Below, piece by piece: positions 8,356 through 17,000 of a DNA stretch of 64,000 nucleotides; position 1 is the first letter of the stretch; each line of letters starts with the position of its first letter. Made by a program: the position numbers and the translations under genes. This stretch comes from an uncultured virus (IMG/VR IMGVR_UViG_3300010885_044417) (taxonomy: Duplodnaviria > Heunggongvirae > Uroviricota > Caudoviricetes), in IMG/VR virus record IMGVR_UViG_3300010885_044417, one strand, 5' to 3'. Under the pieces are notes generated by a model. That model saw only the letters and a program-made list of their open reading frames with translations, had not been told where the DNA came from and searched no databases.

Positions 8356-9272
8356 ATTTTTCTAAGGATTGAGTTGTTCTTGTAAACTTTGCCGCCATTC
8401 TTAAGAATATGGTCTCGAGACTGGTAGTCTAGGAAGTATCTGACAGGATCGCAAAGCCGTGAATCCTCGATAGAATACGGCATGGAGTTGTACCGCTCGG
8501 CCAAAAAAGCAATTGCCTCGTCTGAGCGGCATCGACCAAAGATTGCTTTAATGCACTTTTGGGCGTTTGTCCCGGCATAAATCATGCTTGCAGGATTTAC
8601 AAGCTCAGCGTGATACTCGGCCACGTCTGCCGCAAAGGCGCTAAGTACAAAAGTCTGCCTCTTAAATCCAGACTCTTTTAGATATTCGTTGCCTTTGTCG
8701 ACAAAGTCAATAATCTCGTGCCGCGCATCGAGCACTTCGCTTTCTAAGAATTTGACTAAGCCGTAAGCGTGGTCTTGAATGAACGTCCTTAAGCCGATAG
8801 AAAACTGAGGAAGCAAGTAGCCTTTGTTGTCGCTAAACTGAGCAGGAGGAAGATCCTCGAGCCACTGCTCATATCGGTACCGGCCGTTGAGAATACTCTT
8901 AACGACCCAGAAATTCCCAAAGCCGTGACTGCCAGGCTTGTAGTTAATGCCCGATCCGCACAGCCTGAATAGGTAGTAGAGCATTAGCTTATCGATCCTT
9001 CGGCTAACGGCATGGTCTTTGAAACGCACGCCGTGGCCTTTAGGATCCAGCTCGCGCTTATGCAAAGCTTCTAAGAACGAGCAAAAGGCGGCATAGCGCC
9101 TGTCGAGCATGTCGTAAATCGGAACGTGGAACACGAGGTCGTCGTCGACCATGTCTCGCAATTCTTCTTCGGACACGCCAGCTTTATGACCATCGAAGTA
9201 GTACTCCTGCATGGTCAAGCTCTTAATGTGGTAGTCGTCAAGCGCGTCGAGGATTTCTGATTTGATTTGCAT
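8307..9272 (-). CDS. 5-HMUDK / aGPT-pyrophosphorylase clade 1-like DNA-base kinase (divergent)
   Basis: DDDLVFHVPIYDMLDRRY, FVLSAFAADV, YAGTNA and IEDSRLCDPVRY occur in the order of that family's conserved blocks as recalled. Start placed at ATG 9272 (MQIKSE). Confidence 0.55.
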   Translation of the reverse strand: MQIKSEILDALDDYHIKSLTMQEYYFDGHKAGVSEEELRDMVDDDLVFHVPIYDMLDRRYAAFCSFLEALHKRELDPKGHGVRFKDHAVSRRIDKLMLYYLFRLCGSGINYKPGSHGFGNFWVVKSILNGRYRYEQWLEDLPPAQFSDNKGYLLPQFSIGLRTFIQDHAYGLVKFLESEVLDARHEIIDFVDKGNEYLKESGFKRQTFVLSAFAADVAEYHAELVNPASMIYAGTNAQKCIKAIFGRCRSDEAIAFLAERYNSMPYSIEDSRLCDPVRYFLDYQSRDHILKNGGKVYKNNSILRKIWTEQEYQNFQSQLRK

Positions 9273-10125
9273 AGTGCTTAGGGCGGATGTGGACAGATTG
9301 TCTGGGTTCCATGACTTCGTTCTCGTATTGCTCGAGATTGTTGTACCATTCCTTAGGCCACTTGTGGACTTCAAGGCTGGAGTTGCAAAGGATTGCGTTA
9401 AACTCTTCCATGAGGTAAGTCCTATCAGCCTGGCTACCGTAGAACGGTTTGCCTTTGTAGAGGCCTGTGCCCGGCAGCTTGCGGCTTTCGCTTTCGACAG
9501 GCAACAGGCAAGAAACCTTTGCGCCGCAGTTTCGAGCAAAGTCAACATAACGGCTTGCCAACTGGCGCGTGGCAGTCAGGGGGTCAGCTTGGCGGCATAA
9601 GTGGAAGCGGATGTCGATGTTGCCCATGTAAAGGAAGTCGGCTTTCTTTGGGTCGTTCAAGAATCCCCACAAAGTCTGGCCGTCTCGGCGCTCAATCATG
9701 TGGTCGGCACCAGGCCAGACTGAGAGCGAGTGGCTGTCGCCAAGCATCAGCTTATTGCGCGGAGGAAAAACCACGCCAGGAATCTGACCTTCAAACTCAT
9801 ATTGGCCAGGCAGACGTTTCTCAAGAAAATCCTGCAGCTGGAAGCCGTCAAACTGGTCGACCATCGCCGTCTCGAAAGCCGCGGCCAATTTCTCAAGCCG
9901 TTTGTGAATTGCTTCGCCGATTCCGCCAATGACGTTGAAGACGCCGGGCTTAAAGTTGAGGCCGTGGTTAATGATGAGTCGGTCGTAGCCAGACCAGTCG
10001 TCGTTCTCAGTGAGAAAGTCTGCGTCTGGGTCGATAAGCTCGCGCACGATGTAGTTCCATCCTGCCGAGTGGCTATTGAGGCTGGTTGACGGGTTATTGA
10101 GGACCCCGATGAATCCTGTTTTCAT
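9238..10125 (-). CDS. SGNH/GDSL-hydrolase-like protein
   Basis: LMLGDSHS (block I), DGQTL (II), YMGNID (III), SVH (V) in the C-terminal half. Confidence 0.55.
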   Translation of the reverse strand: MKTGFIGVLNNPSTSLNSHSAGWNYIVRELIDPDADFLTENDDWSGYDRLIINHGLNFKPGVFNVIGGIGEAIHKRLEKLAAAFETAMVDQFDGFQLQDFLEKRLPGQYEFEGQIPGVVFPPRNKLMLGDSHSLSVWPGADHMIERRDGQTLWGFLNDPKKADFLYMGNIDIRFHLCRQADPLTATRQLASRYVDFARNCGAKVSCLLPVESESRKLPGTGLYKGKPFYGSQADRTYLMEEFNAILCNSSLEVHKWPKEWYNNLEQYENEVMEPRQSVHIRPKHYANQIRNPRRA

Positions 10126-11489
10126 ATCATTCCTCCTGCGTTTAGTTCTCCATCCGAAAGCATCGAGAGATTTTCTAATCTCTTTTCGACAACCTTCGCG
10201 ATCTTTTCCTCTATTCCTCCTGCCGCGTACACTATTCTTTGCACCGCAGGAGACTTTGCCCCAGAACGCACAACTCGGCCAAGCACTTGGATGAGCGTTA
10301 CCGATTTGTATGTCGGGAAAATTATCACGTGGCGTGGGTGGCCGCCAACTATATCATGCAAGTCGATCGATTCAGAACCAGCATCTACTTGGCAGATAAT
10401 TATTTTACGCTCGTTGGCTTGAAACTTTCTGACATGCTCGTCAGCCTCTTTGCGGCTACGTCCACCAGCCAGAATAGAATGACTTGCACCTAGCCGCGAA
10501 CTAATGACCTGAATGGTCCTGGTAAACTGGACAAACGCTGCGACAGACTCGCCCTCGTCTACGCGATCTTGTATCTCCTCGAGAAGAGCCGGGACCTTTG
10601 ATAGCTCAGCTCGCTGCCTGTCTCGCATAGCCAAAATTCCAGCATGCGGATCAAAGTTGTGTCGATCCATATCGGCGTCTTCATCTCGATCAATCTCATC
10701 CATGTATGGCTTTAGCCAAGAAGGCGCTGCGCTAATGTCCCACAGTTCCACAAAAGTTTCGGACTCGGGGAATTGACCGGCATCCATCAGCTCTTTTTTC
10801 CTAAGGCGAATACCCCAAGGATCTTTACCTGAAAACAGGGTCGCGTGGAGATTTCCTAGGACGCGCTCGCGGTCTTTGTTTCGGAAATACAATCCTCCAA
10901 ATGGGCTTTTGCCACAGCCATTTTTTCGGCACCAGTTCCAAAAGCTTTCGCCAAGTTCATGCAGCCCGCAGCAGAATCCGAGAGCCCGCATTTTCAAAGG
11001 AGAATCTGCGGGAGTCGCGGATAGCCCAAGGACCAAGGCATTTGGGCAGCGTCGGGCGGCAATGACTAGCTCAGCATTCTGGCTTTTAACAGCGCCGCCG
11101 GCATGGATCTCGTCAATGATGACAATTGTAGGCTCAGCCAGGCGTAAGCTAAAAGTAGAAACTTTGCCGCGGTTATTCTTGATCGGCATGAAGAAGCCAT
11201 TCTTTGGAGAGCGAGCTTTTTCCCAGCTCATTAGAAAGACAGGCTCAATCTTAAACATTGCCAAAGCTTCACGCCACTTAGTCTGTGCTCTAGCCCGGCA
11301 AATAACAGCTACAGGAGGCAGGGACTTAGAATCTCCACTCGGCACAAACTCAAGAGCCGTAGCGATAGCTGTAAAGGTCTTGCCAATGCCAGTATCAGAT
11401 CCATCAAGGGCAAACTGTTTTGTCGCAAGAATACTGGCGAGCTTAGCCGCGGCCTCGACTTGGTAAGGACGAAAAGTTATTGAGGCCAC
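10122..11489 (-). CDS. Superfamily 2 helicase
   Basis: FRPYQ, DTGIGKT, DEIH, SATP, SESIDL, QVLGRVVR. Confidence 0.93.
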   Translation of the reverse strand: MASITFRPYQVEAAAKLASILATKQFALDGSDTGIGKTFTAIATALEFVPSGDSKSLPPVAVICRARAQTKWREALAMFKIEPVFLMSWEKARSPKNGFFMPIKNNRGKVSTFSLRLAEPTIVIIDEIHAGGAVKSQNAELVIAARRCPNALVLGLSATPADSPLKMRALGFCCGLHELGESFWNWCRKNGCGKSPFGGLYFRNKDRERVLGNLHATLFSGKDPWGIRLRKKELMDAGQFPESETFVELWDISAAPSWLKPYMDEIDRDEDADMDRHNFDPHAGILAMRDRQRAELSKVPALLEEIQDRVDEGESVAAFVQFTRTIQVISSRLGASHSILAGGRSRKEADEHVRKFQANERKIIICQVDAGSESIDLHDIVGGHPRHVIIFPTYKSVTLIQVLGRVVRSGAKSPAVQRIVYAAGGIEEKIAKVVEKRLENLSMLSDGELNAGGMI

Positions 11490-11692
11490 GGCTTGTCGGA
11501 TTTATTGATTTCCCAGGTAGCGTTAGCCCAGACCCGGACTTGGTCGGTTCTAAAATGTCGGATGTCGCCGCCATCTCGAAGGATAACCGTTAAGATGTCG
11601 TTCTCTTTCCAGCCGCCAGGCTGGACATAGAACAGCCAGCCGTCGCCAAGAGGCGTCGTCACGGCAATGGGATCTCTGAACTCGTGGATCAT
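11477..11692 (-). CDS. Small hypothetical phage protein
   Basis: 71 aa, tiles with neighbours. Confidence 0.7.
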   Translation of the reverse strand: MIHEFRDPIAVTTPLGDGWLFYVQPGGWKENDILTVILRDGGDIRHFRTDQVRVWANATWEINKSDKPWPQ

Positions 11693-12042
11693 TTGGGCTT
11701 ATTTTTGCGGCGCATGCCCTGGCGCTGGACGCGCTCAATCTGCCTGCGGTTATGCTCTTCAAGCTTCTTAAAAGCCGACAGCTGGCCAGTTCTAAAATAG
11801 ACCTGCATCTTGGCCGTAAAGTAGTCAGGAGGCGGCGGCGCAATCAATTGCACCTCTTGAGCCTTAACGTCTTTGAACTGATCGCTGACGGAATTAAAGC
11901 CCATCACCCAGCAGCGCTCGGCCATGAGCTGCCGTATGAACAACTTCCACAAAGGAATCGCCAGCAAAGCTAAGCCAAGGATAATGCCTACGCCGGGAAG
12001 AGCTTGCTTCCACCAATGAATGTGCTCGGCTAGCTCACGCAT
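11689..12042 (-). CDS. Hypothetical membrane protein
   Basis: N-terminal hydrophobic segment; ATGA overlap. Confidence 0.65.
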   Translation of the reverse strand: MRELAEHIHWWKQALPGVGIILGLALLAIPLWKLFIRQLMAERCWVMGFNSVSDQFKDVKAQEVQLIAPPPPDYFTAKMQVYFRTGQLSAFKKLEEHNRRQIERVQRQGMRRKNKPK

Positions 12043-12337
12043 AAGTCACCTCCTCAACCATGCGTTTAAAGTTTGCTTTGGCTGGATTAAAGCCAAGAGC
12101 TTGCAAGATTTCCGCCTCGCTAGTAATTTTGCCGGCAGCATAAAAGACGACAAAGTCTTCGGGCTGCATTTTACGAGCCGCGTCTTGCTCAGCCTCGAGA
12201 GCCTGCATAGAAGCCGCTGCCTCTTCGGTAAGCAAAGACAAACCGCGATACTTGCGAAGTTCAAGGCCTGCGCGGCTGATCTGGGTGGCTCGGCGCTGAA
12301 AGGCGCCAAGAGGAGTTAACTTGACAATGGTTTTCAT
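12035..12337 (-). CDS. Hypothetical protein
   Basis: Tiles in the early operon. Confidence 0.65.
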   Translation of the reverse strand: MKTIVKLTPLGAFQRRATQISRAGLELRKYRGLSLLTEEAAASMQALEAEQDAARKMQPEDFVVFYAAGKITSEAEILQALGFNPAKANFKRMVEEVTYA

Positions 12338-12345
12338 GGGTGGTT

Positions 12346-12669
12346 TTAGTTTTCGGGTTCTAGGTTTACTGCGTGCTCCTTTGCAAGCTCAATCACCAGC
12401 TCAGAAAATCTGGCAAGGACTTGCTTGTCGTCAGGAGAAGGGATGACTCGGATGCAAGTTTCAAGAATAGTCACGGCATGGATTAGGCCGAAGTAGAATG
12501 CTTCTTCAGCGGCCTCAATTTCCGGGCTTGACATGTTGTCAATCCTGGATCTAAGGTAGTCGCGAAACGCCTCTTTTGGGTCAAGCTTGAGGCTGACCAG
12601 CTCATTTCGGCCATTCTTGATGATGACCTCGTTGACGTCGTGGCCTGGCGGAATAAAGCTTTCGCTCAT
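12346..12669 (-). CDS. Hypothetical protein
   Basis: Tiles in the early operon. Confidence 0.7.
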   Translation of the reverse strand: MSESFIPPGHDVNEVIIKNGRNELVSLKLDPKEAFRDYLRSRIDNMSSPEIEAAEEAFYFGLIHAVTILETCIRVIPSPDDKQVLARFSELVIELAKEHAVNLEPEN

Positions 12670-12929
12670 GGCGCTTGAACCTTTTTAAGAACCGCCGCGG
12701 ATACGTCGATCAAGCCGATGCAGATTTGCGCTACGCAGGCTGGGATCTCGACTACTTCTACACTGGCTTTGCCGCAGTCGCGAGCAGTCTTGTTGCGCAA
12801 AGCGACTTCCAAAGCGATCTTGGCCAGGCCAAACTGGACAATCATGCTTTCTAGGGCTTTGCCTTCTTCCTTGAGGCCGGCGGCTTTTTCAATGCCGCTA
12901 GCCATGTCATCAATCACGTTCTCACTCAT
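12666..12929 (-). CDS. Hypothetical protein
   Basis: Start placed at MSENVIDD (12929), after a C/A-rich leader. Confidence 0.65.
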   Translation of the reverse strand: MSENVIDDMASGIEKAAGLKEEGKALESMIVQFGLAKIALEVALRNKTARDCGKASVEVVEIPACVAQICIGLIDVSAAVLKKVQAP

Positions 12930-12948
12930 GTTTTGGTGTTGGTTGGGG

Positions 12949-13251
12949 TTACTCGGCAGTCGTGTCAGGCGTTTTTGCCCGAAGCATCTGGCGAAATTTT
13001 TTCTCAGCACTTTCAAGATCGATGTAAGTAAAGCCGTGGATTCCCCACTCGGCAGTTCTTGGCATGAATTCGCTGGGCTCGACAACTCGGCCCATGATCT
13101 CATATCCCTGGTGCGTTTGCACTCGGACGACTTCATAGCTAGGAGTCGCGCAGTCTTTGCGAGTCTTCTCGACGATGGCAATCATCTTTTCACGGCAGAT
13201 AACTTTATGGTCAAAGCCGTCTTTTTTGAATTGTGTGGCTAGTGGTCTCAT
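12949..13251 (-). CDS. Hypothetical phage protein
   Basis: 100 aa; ATGA coupling. Confidence 0.7.
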   Translation of the reverse strand: MRPLATQFKKDGFDHKVICREKMIAIVEKTRKDCATPSYEVVRVQTHQGYEIMGRVVEPSEFMPRTAEWGIHGFTYIDLESAEKKFRQMLRAKTPDTTAE

Positions 13252-13607
13252 CGGTTAAATGCGGTGTTGGTTTGGCTGTGTCGGTTTTCGGGAAGGCAGA
13301 GGCAGTAGATGGAATTGTAGGCAATTGGTTCTTGGCCGCCAACTCCGCGCTTAGGCAGAGTGCGGAAGCGCCAGTCACAAGGACCGTACTCTTCAAGCAA
13401 AGCTGCGTTGAGATGGTTTGCCATAAGCCAGCCTTTGCCGTGAGCTCCTTCATAGGTCTTGTCCACGGTTTTCCAGCCTGCGCGCTGCATGTAGACCACA
13501 AGTTGGAATAAAGATTTGGCTTTTGGGATCTTGGTTTCGATGTAGCTCAAAGGCTCCTTGGCCGGGACGGCAATTGGGCGGTTCTTGTGCATGGTGTATG
13601 TTCTCAT
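13248..13607 (-). CDS. Hypothetical protein
   Basis: ATGA coupling at both ends. Confidence 0.65.
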   Translation of the reverse strand: MRTYTMHKNRPIAVPAKEPLSYIETKIPKAKSLFQLVVYMQRAGWKTVDKTYEGAHGKGWLMANHLNAALLEEYGPCDWRFRTLPKRGVGGQEPIAYNSIYCLCLPENRHSQTNTAFNR

Positions 13608-13876
13608 GATCCTTTTCCAACGACTTGTTCGATTGGCAAAATAACTAGCAGCTCGGCAATTAGGTCATCCGTCAAATTGTAGTGGTCCCGAAGAAGCCGG
13701 CCAAGTTCATAGGCCAGGTCTTCATCCTCATGCATGTTGTAGTCTCGACCATCCGCGGTCGTGGTATCCCACTGTCTGGCCATGTCTAAAACCGCGCAGG
13801 ATGCGTCGGGACTTACGCCCATAGGAAGTTGCAGCCCGTCAATAAACGCGCGACTGGGTGAATCCTGGTAGCTCAT
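13604..13876 (-). CDS. Hypothetical protein
   Basis: ATGA coupling at both ends. Confidence 0.65.
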   Translation of the reverse strand: MSYQDSPSRAFIDGLQLPMGVSPDASCAVLDMARQWDTTTADGRDYNMHEDEDLAYELGRLLRDHYNLTDDLIAELLVILPIEQVVGKGS

Positions 13877-14115
13877 GTGGTGCGGCTGGGATAGAGTTTC
13901 TCGGTACGGGTAGCCGAGTCTTTCTGCCGATGGGCAAGCTTCTCGGCATCAAACTGGTCGATGTGTGCTTTGCACTCCTTTAAAGTAGGAAAGAGTGTCC
14001 AATCAGTAACCCAGGTGCAGCGGCAGCCGCCGTGACGATTTGCCCCGACGTTGCGCCAGATGGCCACGCCTTTGTAAAGAGAATAGAGGACGGTATTCAT
14101 GGAATTAACGGCCAA
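13873..14115 (-). CDS. Hypothetical protein (start may be a few codons downstream)
   Basis: Tiles in the operon. Confidence 0.55.
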   Translation of the reverse strand: MAVNSMNTVLYSLYKGVAIWRNVGANRHGGCRCTWVTDWTLFPTLKECKAHIDQFDAEKLAHRQKDSATRTEKLYPSRTT

Positions 14116-14317
14116 AGATTAGATTAATTCGGGCTTGGATGACGTCGTTGTTGCAAGAATTGCAGCAGCGGCCGTGGTCTGAAAGCGGAGCCGGGTTGTT
14201 ACCGTACTCGCCGTAGCTTTGACCGCAAAGCACGCAAAGATTGGACGCGTTTGCACGGTCACGCTGCAGCTTGCGATTCACGGCATCCATTTGGCGCTTG
14301 GTGGGAAAGTTGCTCAT
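14105..14317 (-). CDS. Small Zn-finger-like protein
   Basis: CVLCG..YGNNPAPL...RCCNSCN. Confidence 0.7.
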   Translation of the reverse strand: MSNFPTKRQMDAVNRKLQRDRANASNLCVLCGQSYGEYGNNPAPLSDHGRCCNSCNNDVIQARINLIFGR

Positions 14318-14322
14318 GGCAG

Positions 14323-14574
14323 TTAGGACATCGCGACTTCGCCCATCTCGGCCAAGTCTTCAGAGCGGACGTAGTCGAGAGTGTCTTTGAAGTAGCCCAT
14401 CAGCTTGCGGCTGGAATCTTCACTGTAGTCTGGCGTGAAGAACTTGCCGATGTTGGCATCGATGATCGCGATCTCAATGGGCGAGAACTTTTTCGCAAGC
14501 ATCTTGAAACAAGGCCTCGTGATGCTCTTGAGCTGGAACTCGTTGGTGATGGGTGTTAGGGCAGTGGTACTCAT
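14323..14574 (-). CDS. Hypothetical early protein, first gene after a promoter
   Basis: 83 aa; ATG 10 nt from a -10 box. Confidence 0.7.
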   Translation of the reverse strand: MSTTALTPITNEFQLKSITRPCFKMLAKKFSPIEIAIIDANIGKFFTPDYSEDSSRKLMGYFKDTLDYVRSEDLAEMGEVAMS

Positions 14575-14584
14575 GACAGTCCTG

Positions 14585-14614
14585 ATACTACCAGGCAGCT
14601 AGCTATTTTGACAC
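14585..14614 (-). promoter_or_regulatory. Early promoter with the shared spacer motif
   Basis: aaaTAGCTAGCTGCCTGG-TAGTAT-caggactgtc-ATG, nearly identical in layout to 59757-59795. Confidence 0.65.
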
Positions 14615-14671
14615 CGTTATTTTGAACAAATTTTAGCGGTCTCCGGGCTATGCAACCAGCATAGCTTACAG

Positions 14672-14740
14672 CCAGGTCGAGAGAGGCAGCCACAGTTTTT
14701 TGGGGGGGGGTGGTACCGTGAACTGCCTCTCTGACTCTGG
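14672..14740 (-). other. Long imperfect RNA hairpin
   Basis: CCAG.GTC.AGAGAGGCAG..CACGG / CTGTG.GCTGCCTCTCT.GAC.CTGG with a C9/A6-containing loop. Confidence 0.6.
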
Positions 14741-14749
14741 GCAAAGCAA

Positions 14750-15085
14750 TTACTTGCTCTTCTTAGCGGCGGCTTTCTTAGCAGGAGCTTTAGCAGCTGC
14801 TTTCTTAGCCGGAGCTTTGGCTGCGGGCTTCGCAACCTTCTTTGTCTTGGCAGTGGCCATGGCGTTCTCCTTGGTTTGGGGTTTCTTTTTCCCGAGACCC
14901 CATCGGGCCTGGGCAGCACGAATGCCGCCTAGCCTTCTGCCTGGATGCTCGGCGCCTGCCAAGCCGCCAATACGCCCGCGAATTGACGCAAGCTCCTTGA
15001 CGGTATAGCGATTGCCGCTGTCCAGTTGGTCTCGAAGTTTTTTGATCTCAGCTGTGCGCTGTGAAGGAGTGAACTTGGCTTTCAT
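14750..15085 (-). CDS. Basic protein with a histone-H1-like C-terminal tail; internal start at 14860
   Basis: ...MATAKTKKVAKPAAKAPAKKAAAKAPAKKAAAKKSK; AAGGAG precedes both ATG 15085 and ATG 14860. Confidence 0.7.
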   Translation of the reverse strand: MKAKFTPSQRTAEIKKLRDQLDSGNRYTVKELASIRGRIGGLAGAEHPGRRLGGIRAAQARWGLGKKKPQTKENAMATAKTKKVAKPAAKAPAKKAAAKAPAKKAAAKKSK

Positions 15086-15420
15086 CAGCTCTCCTTGACG
15101 CCAGAGTCGAACCAGCTCTCGAGGAGCGCGTCCCACTGGCTGTTGTCGATCATGCCGGCCGCGTAGTCGCGGATCTCAGCAAAGGTTGTGAGGTCGCGGA
15201 GCGCAGCTCGCGCTGCCTTCTTAGCGGCCGCGTCATCGATTGCGTCGACCAGGGTGCGGGCAAGGCTGCGAGTCCGGTAGTTGTAGTCTGGCTTGATGAC
15301 GCTGCGCTTTGCGGCAACGACGTCGTGGGTCTTCTTGGCCACGGCCTGGGCTTGGGCTTCGGCTTTGGTGGGCTTTTTAGGGGTGGCGACTTTTGCCGCC
15401 GCAGGGGTATTTTGGCTCAT
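15085..15420 (-). CDS. Hypothetical basic protein
   Basis: 111 aa, A/K-rich N-terminus. Confidence 0.7.
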   Translation of the reverse strand: MSQNTPAAAKVATPKKPTKAEAQAQAVAKKTHDVVAAKRSVIKPDYNYRTRSLARTLVDAIDDAAAKKAARAALRDLTTFAEIRDYAAGMIDNSQWDALLESWFDSGVKES

Positions 15421-15815
15421 ACAATCTTGGCTTTGGGTTTCCGCCCGGTGGTTGAAGCACGCCCAGACTGCCGGGCAGCAGCCGAGTCGTGTTTGAGTTC
15501 TGGCGAACTAAAGTCGTAGTCAACAATCTTGATGGCAAGAAGCGTGCCGTTTGGGCAGCGAACCTTCATTGCGGTCGTTGGAAAGTTTGTCCCAAGAGCG
15601 TGGAACCGGTAAAGATTTGGATGTTCCCAGTTTTTATGCAGCCCGCGGCCTGACACAAACGCATACTCGTTGTTCGATGGGCGAGTGCAAACTAGCATAA
15701 ACCAGTCGGCATGCACAAACTCAAGCGGCAACGCATTTCCATGGTCCTTAAAGACCTGCTCGTGCGAAGCTGGAAGTGGGAGTAGCTCAAAGCCCATGTT
15801 TGAGGATGTTTGCAA
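15417..15815 (-). CDS. Hypothetical protein (start uncertain)
   Basis: Tiles in the operon. Confidence 0.55.
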   Translation of the reverse strand: MQTSSNMGFELLPLPASHEQVFKDHGNALPLEFVHADWFMLVCTRPSNNEYAFVSGRGLHKNWEHPNLYRFHALGTNFPTTAMKVRCPNGTLLAIKIVDYDFSSPELKHDSAAARQSGRASTTGRKPKAKIV

Positions 15816-16185
15816 GGACCCAGGTAAGAGCTAGCGCAACTGTCGCCACGCAAAAAGCGCTAACGCTAAAATTCAGCAGCGAGACTTGCTCTTCTTTGGC
15901 TGCCAGCTGCTTGCGCAGGCGCTCGACATCATCTTCTAAGATTTTAATCTTGGCCGTGTCGTAGAAGAGGTTGTCTTCCTCTTCCATAATTGGCCGGTCA
16001 AGCTTGACGCAAGCCGCCTTTTCGAGCTTTTCGAGCTTTTCGAGCTTTTCCAAGACTTCGACGGCATCTTCGTGGAATGCAGGCTCGCTCCAGTGGACAT
16101 CGAAATACTTGCGCTTCTTGCGAGTTTCTACGGCTTGCTGTGCGTGGTATTCGCGCAGCTCTTTGATGGTGACTGGGTTACTCAT
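15787..16185 (-). CDS. Coiled-coil protein with a C-terminal membrane anchor
   Basis: LEK x3 from a 9-bp tandem repeat; hydrophobic C-terminus. Confidence 0.65.
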   Translation of the reverse strand: MSNPVTIKELREYHAQQAVETRKKRKYFDVHWSEPAFHEDAVEVLEKLEKLEKLEKAACVKLDRPIMEEEDNLFYDTAKIKILEDDVERLRKQLAAKEEQVSLLNFSVSAFCVATVALALTWVLANILKHGL

Positions 16186-16538
16186 GACAGTTGGGGTTTT
16201 TGCGGGGTTCGGGCATGGGTTTCTGGGTTTATGCCAGCACCCGGTCTAGGTGCTGGAAATACTTCGGCTCGCGCACGGTCGCTTTGCGCAGCTTCTTGGC
16301 TTCACCCAGTTTGGCCAGGATCGCTCGGGCTCTGGGTTTTGTGATACGTACCTCGGGAAGGCCATGGCGTTCAGCCAGGCGGAGCTCAAACTGGATCAGG
16401 GCCTCAAGGTCTTGAAGGATTGGGTGGGTCATTTGAGATTGTCGAAAAATTTGACAGTGAGGTAGAGCAAGCCAAAGAAGCACACCCAACCAGCAATTAT
16501 CACGCCTGCCGTAAACATGACACGTTGAAGGAATGGTT

Positions 16539-17000
16539 TCATTTGGCTAGTTGGTTGAGTTCTGCCTGAATGGCCACGGCCTCGGTTGGATAGTGGTCAT
16601 CGGCTAATACCAAAGCCCTCTCCAGCAGCTCGCGGAGCTTCTGGTTCTCGGCGTCGGCGTCTTTCAAGCAGTCCTGCAAGTAGTCGATGGCCATGTTTTC
16701 AGGCCACCGCTCTTTTAGTTCAGATAGTTCTTTCTCCGCCTTCTGACGGGCTTTGCGCTCGCGGCAAAGTTCCGCCTCAATCGTTTGCCTCAACGCACGC
16801 TCGCGGCATAGCTCGGATTGGAATCCTAAATTTGCGTAGGAGCGGCAGTTGTAAATGCCTTGCGCTAGCTCTATAGCCCCGCAAAACTGGCATCTATTAG
16901 CGGGCGGATCATCATGCCAGCACGTCTTGGCTTGGCATCTTGGCTCGGCGTGATTGCCGTCGCACTTGACGGCGTTGGTGGCGGGTGCGCTTGAGTTCAT
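16539..17000 (-). CDS. Cys-rich/coiled-coil hypothetical protein
   Basis: CQFCG...C...SELCRER followed by a coiled coil. Confidence 0.65.
   Translation of the reverse strand: MNSSAPATNAVKCDGNHAEPRCQAKTCWHDDPPANRCQFCGAIELAQGIYNCRSYANLGFQSELCRERALRQTIEAELCRERKARQKAEKELSELKERWPENMAIDYLQDCLKDADAENQKLRELLERALVLADDHYPTEAVAIQAELNQLAK

Noticed and set aside
16019..16050. Short in-frame tandem repeats (LEK x3; also EEA, EPA and ETPEEEA elsewhere)
   Set aside because: Ordinary slippage in low-complexity coding regions; frame-preserving, with no sign of phase variation
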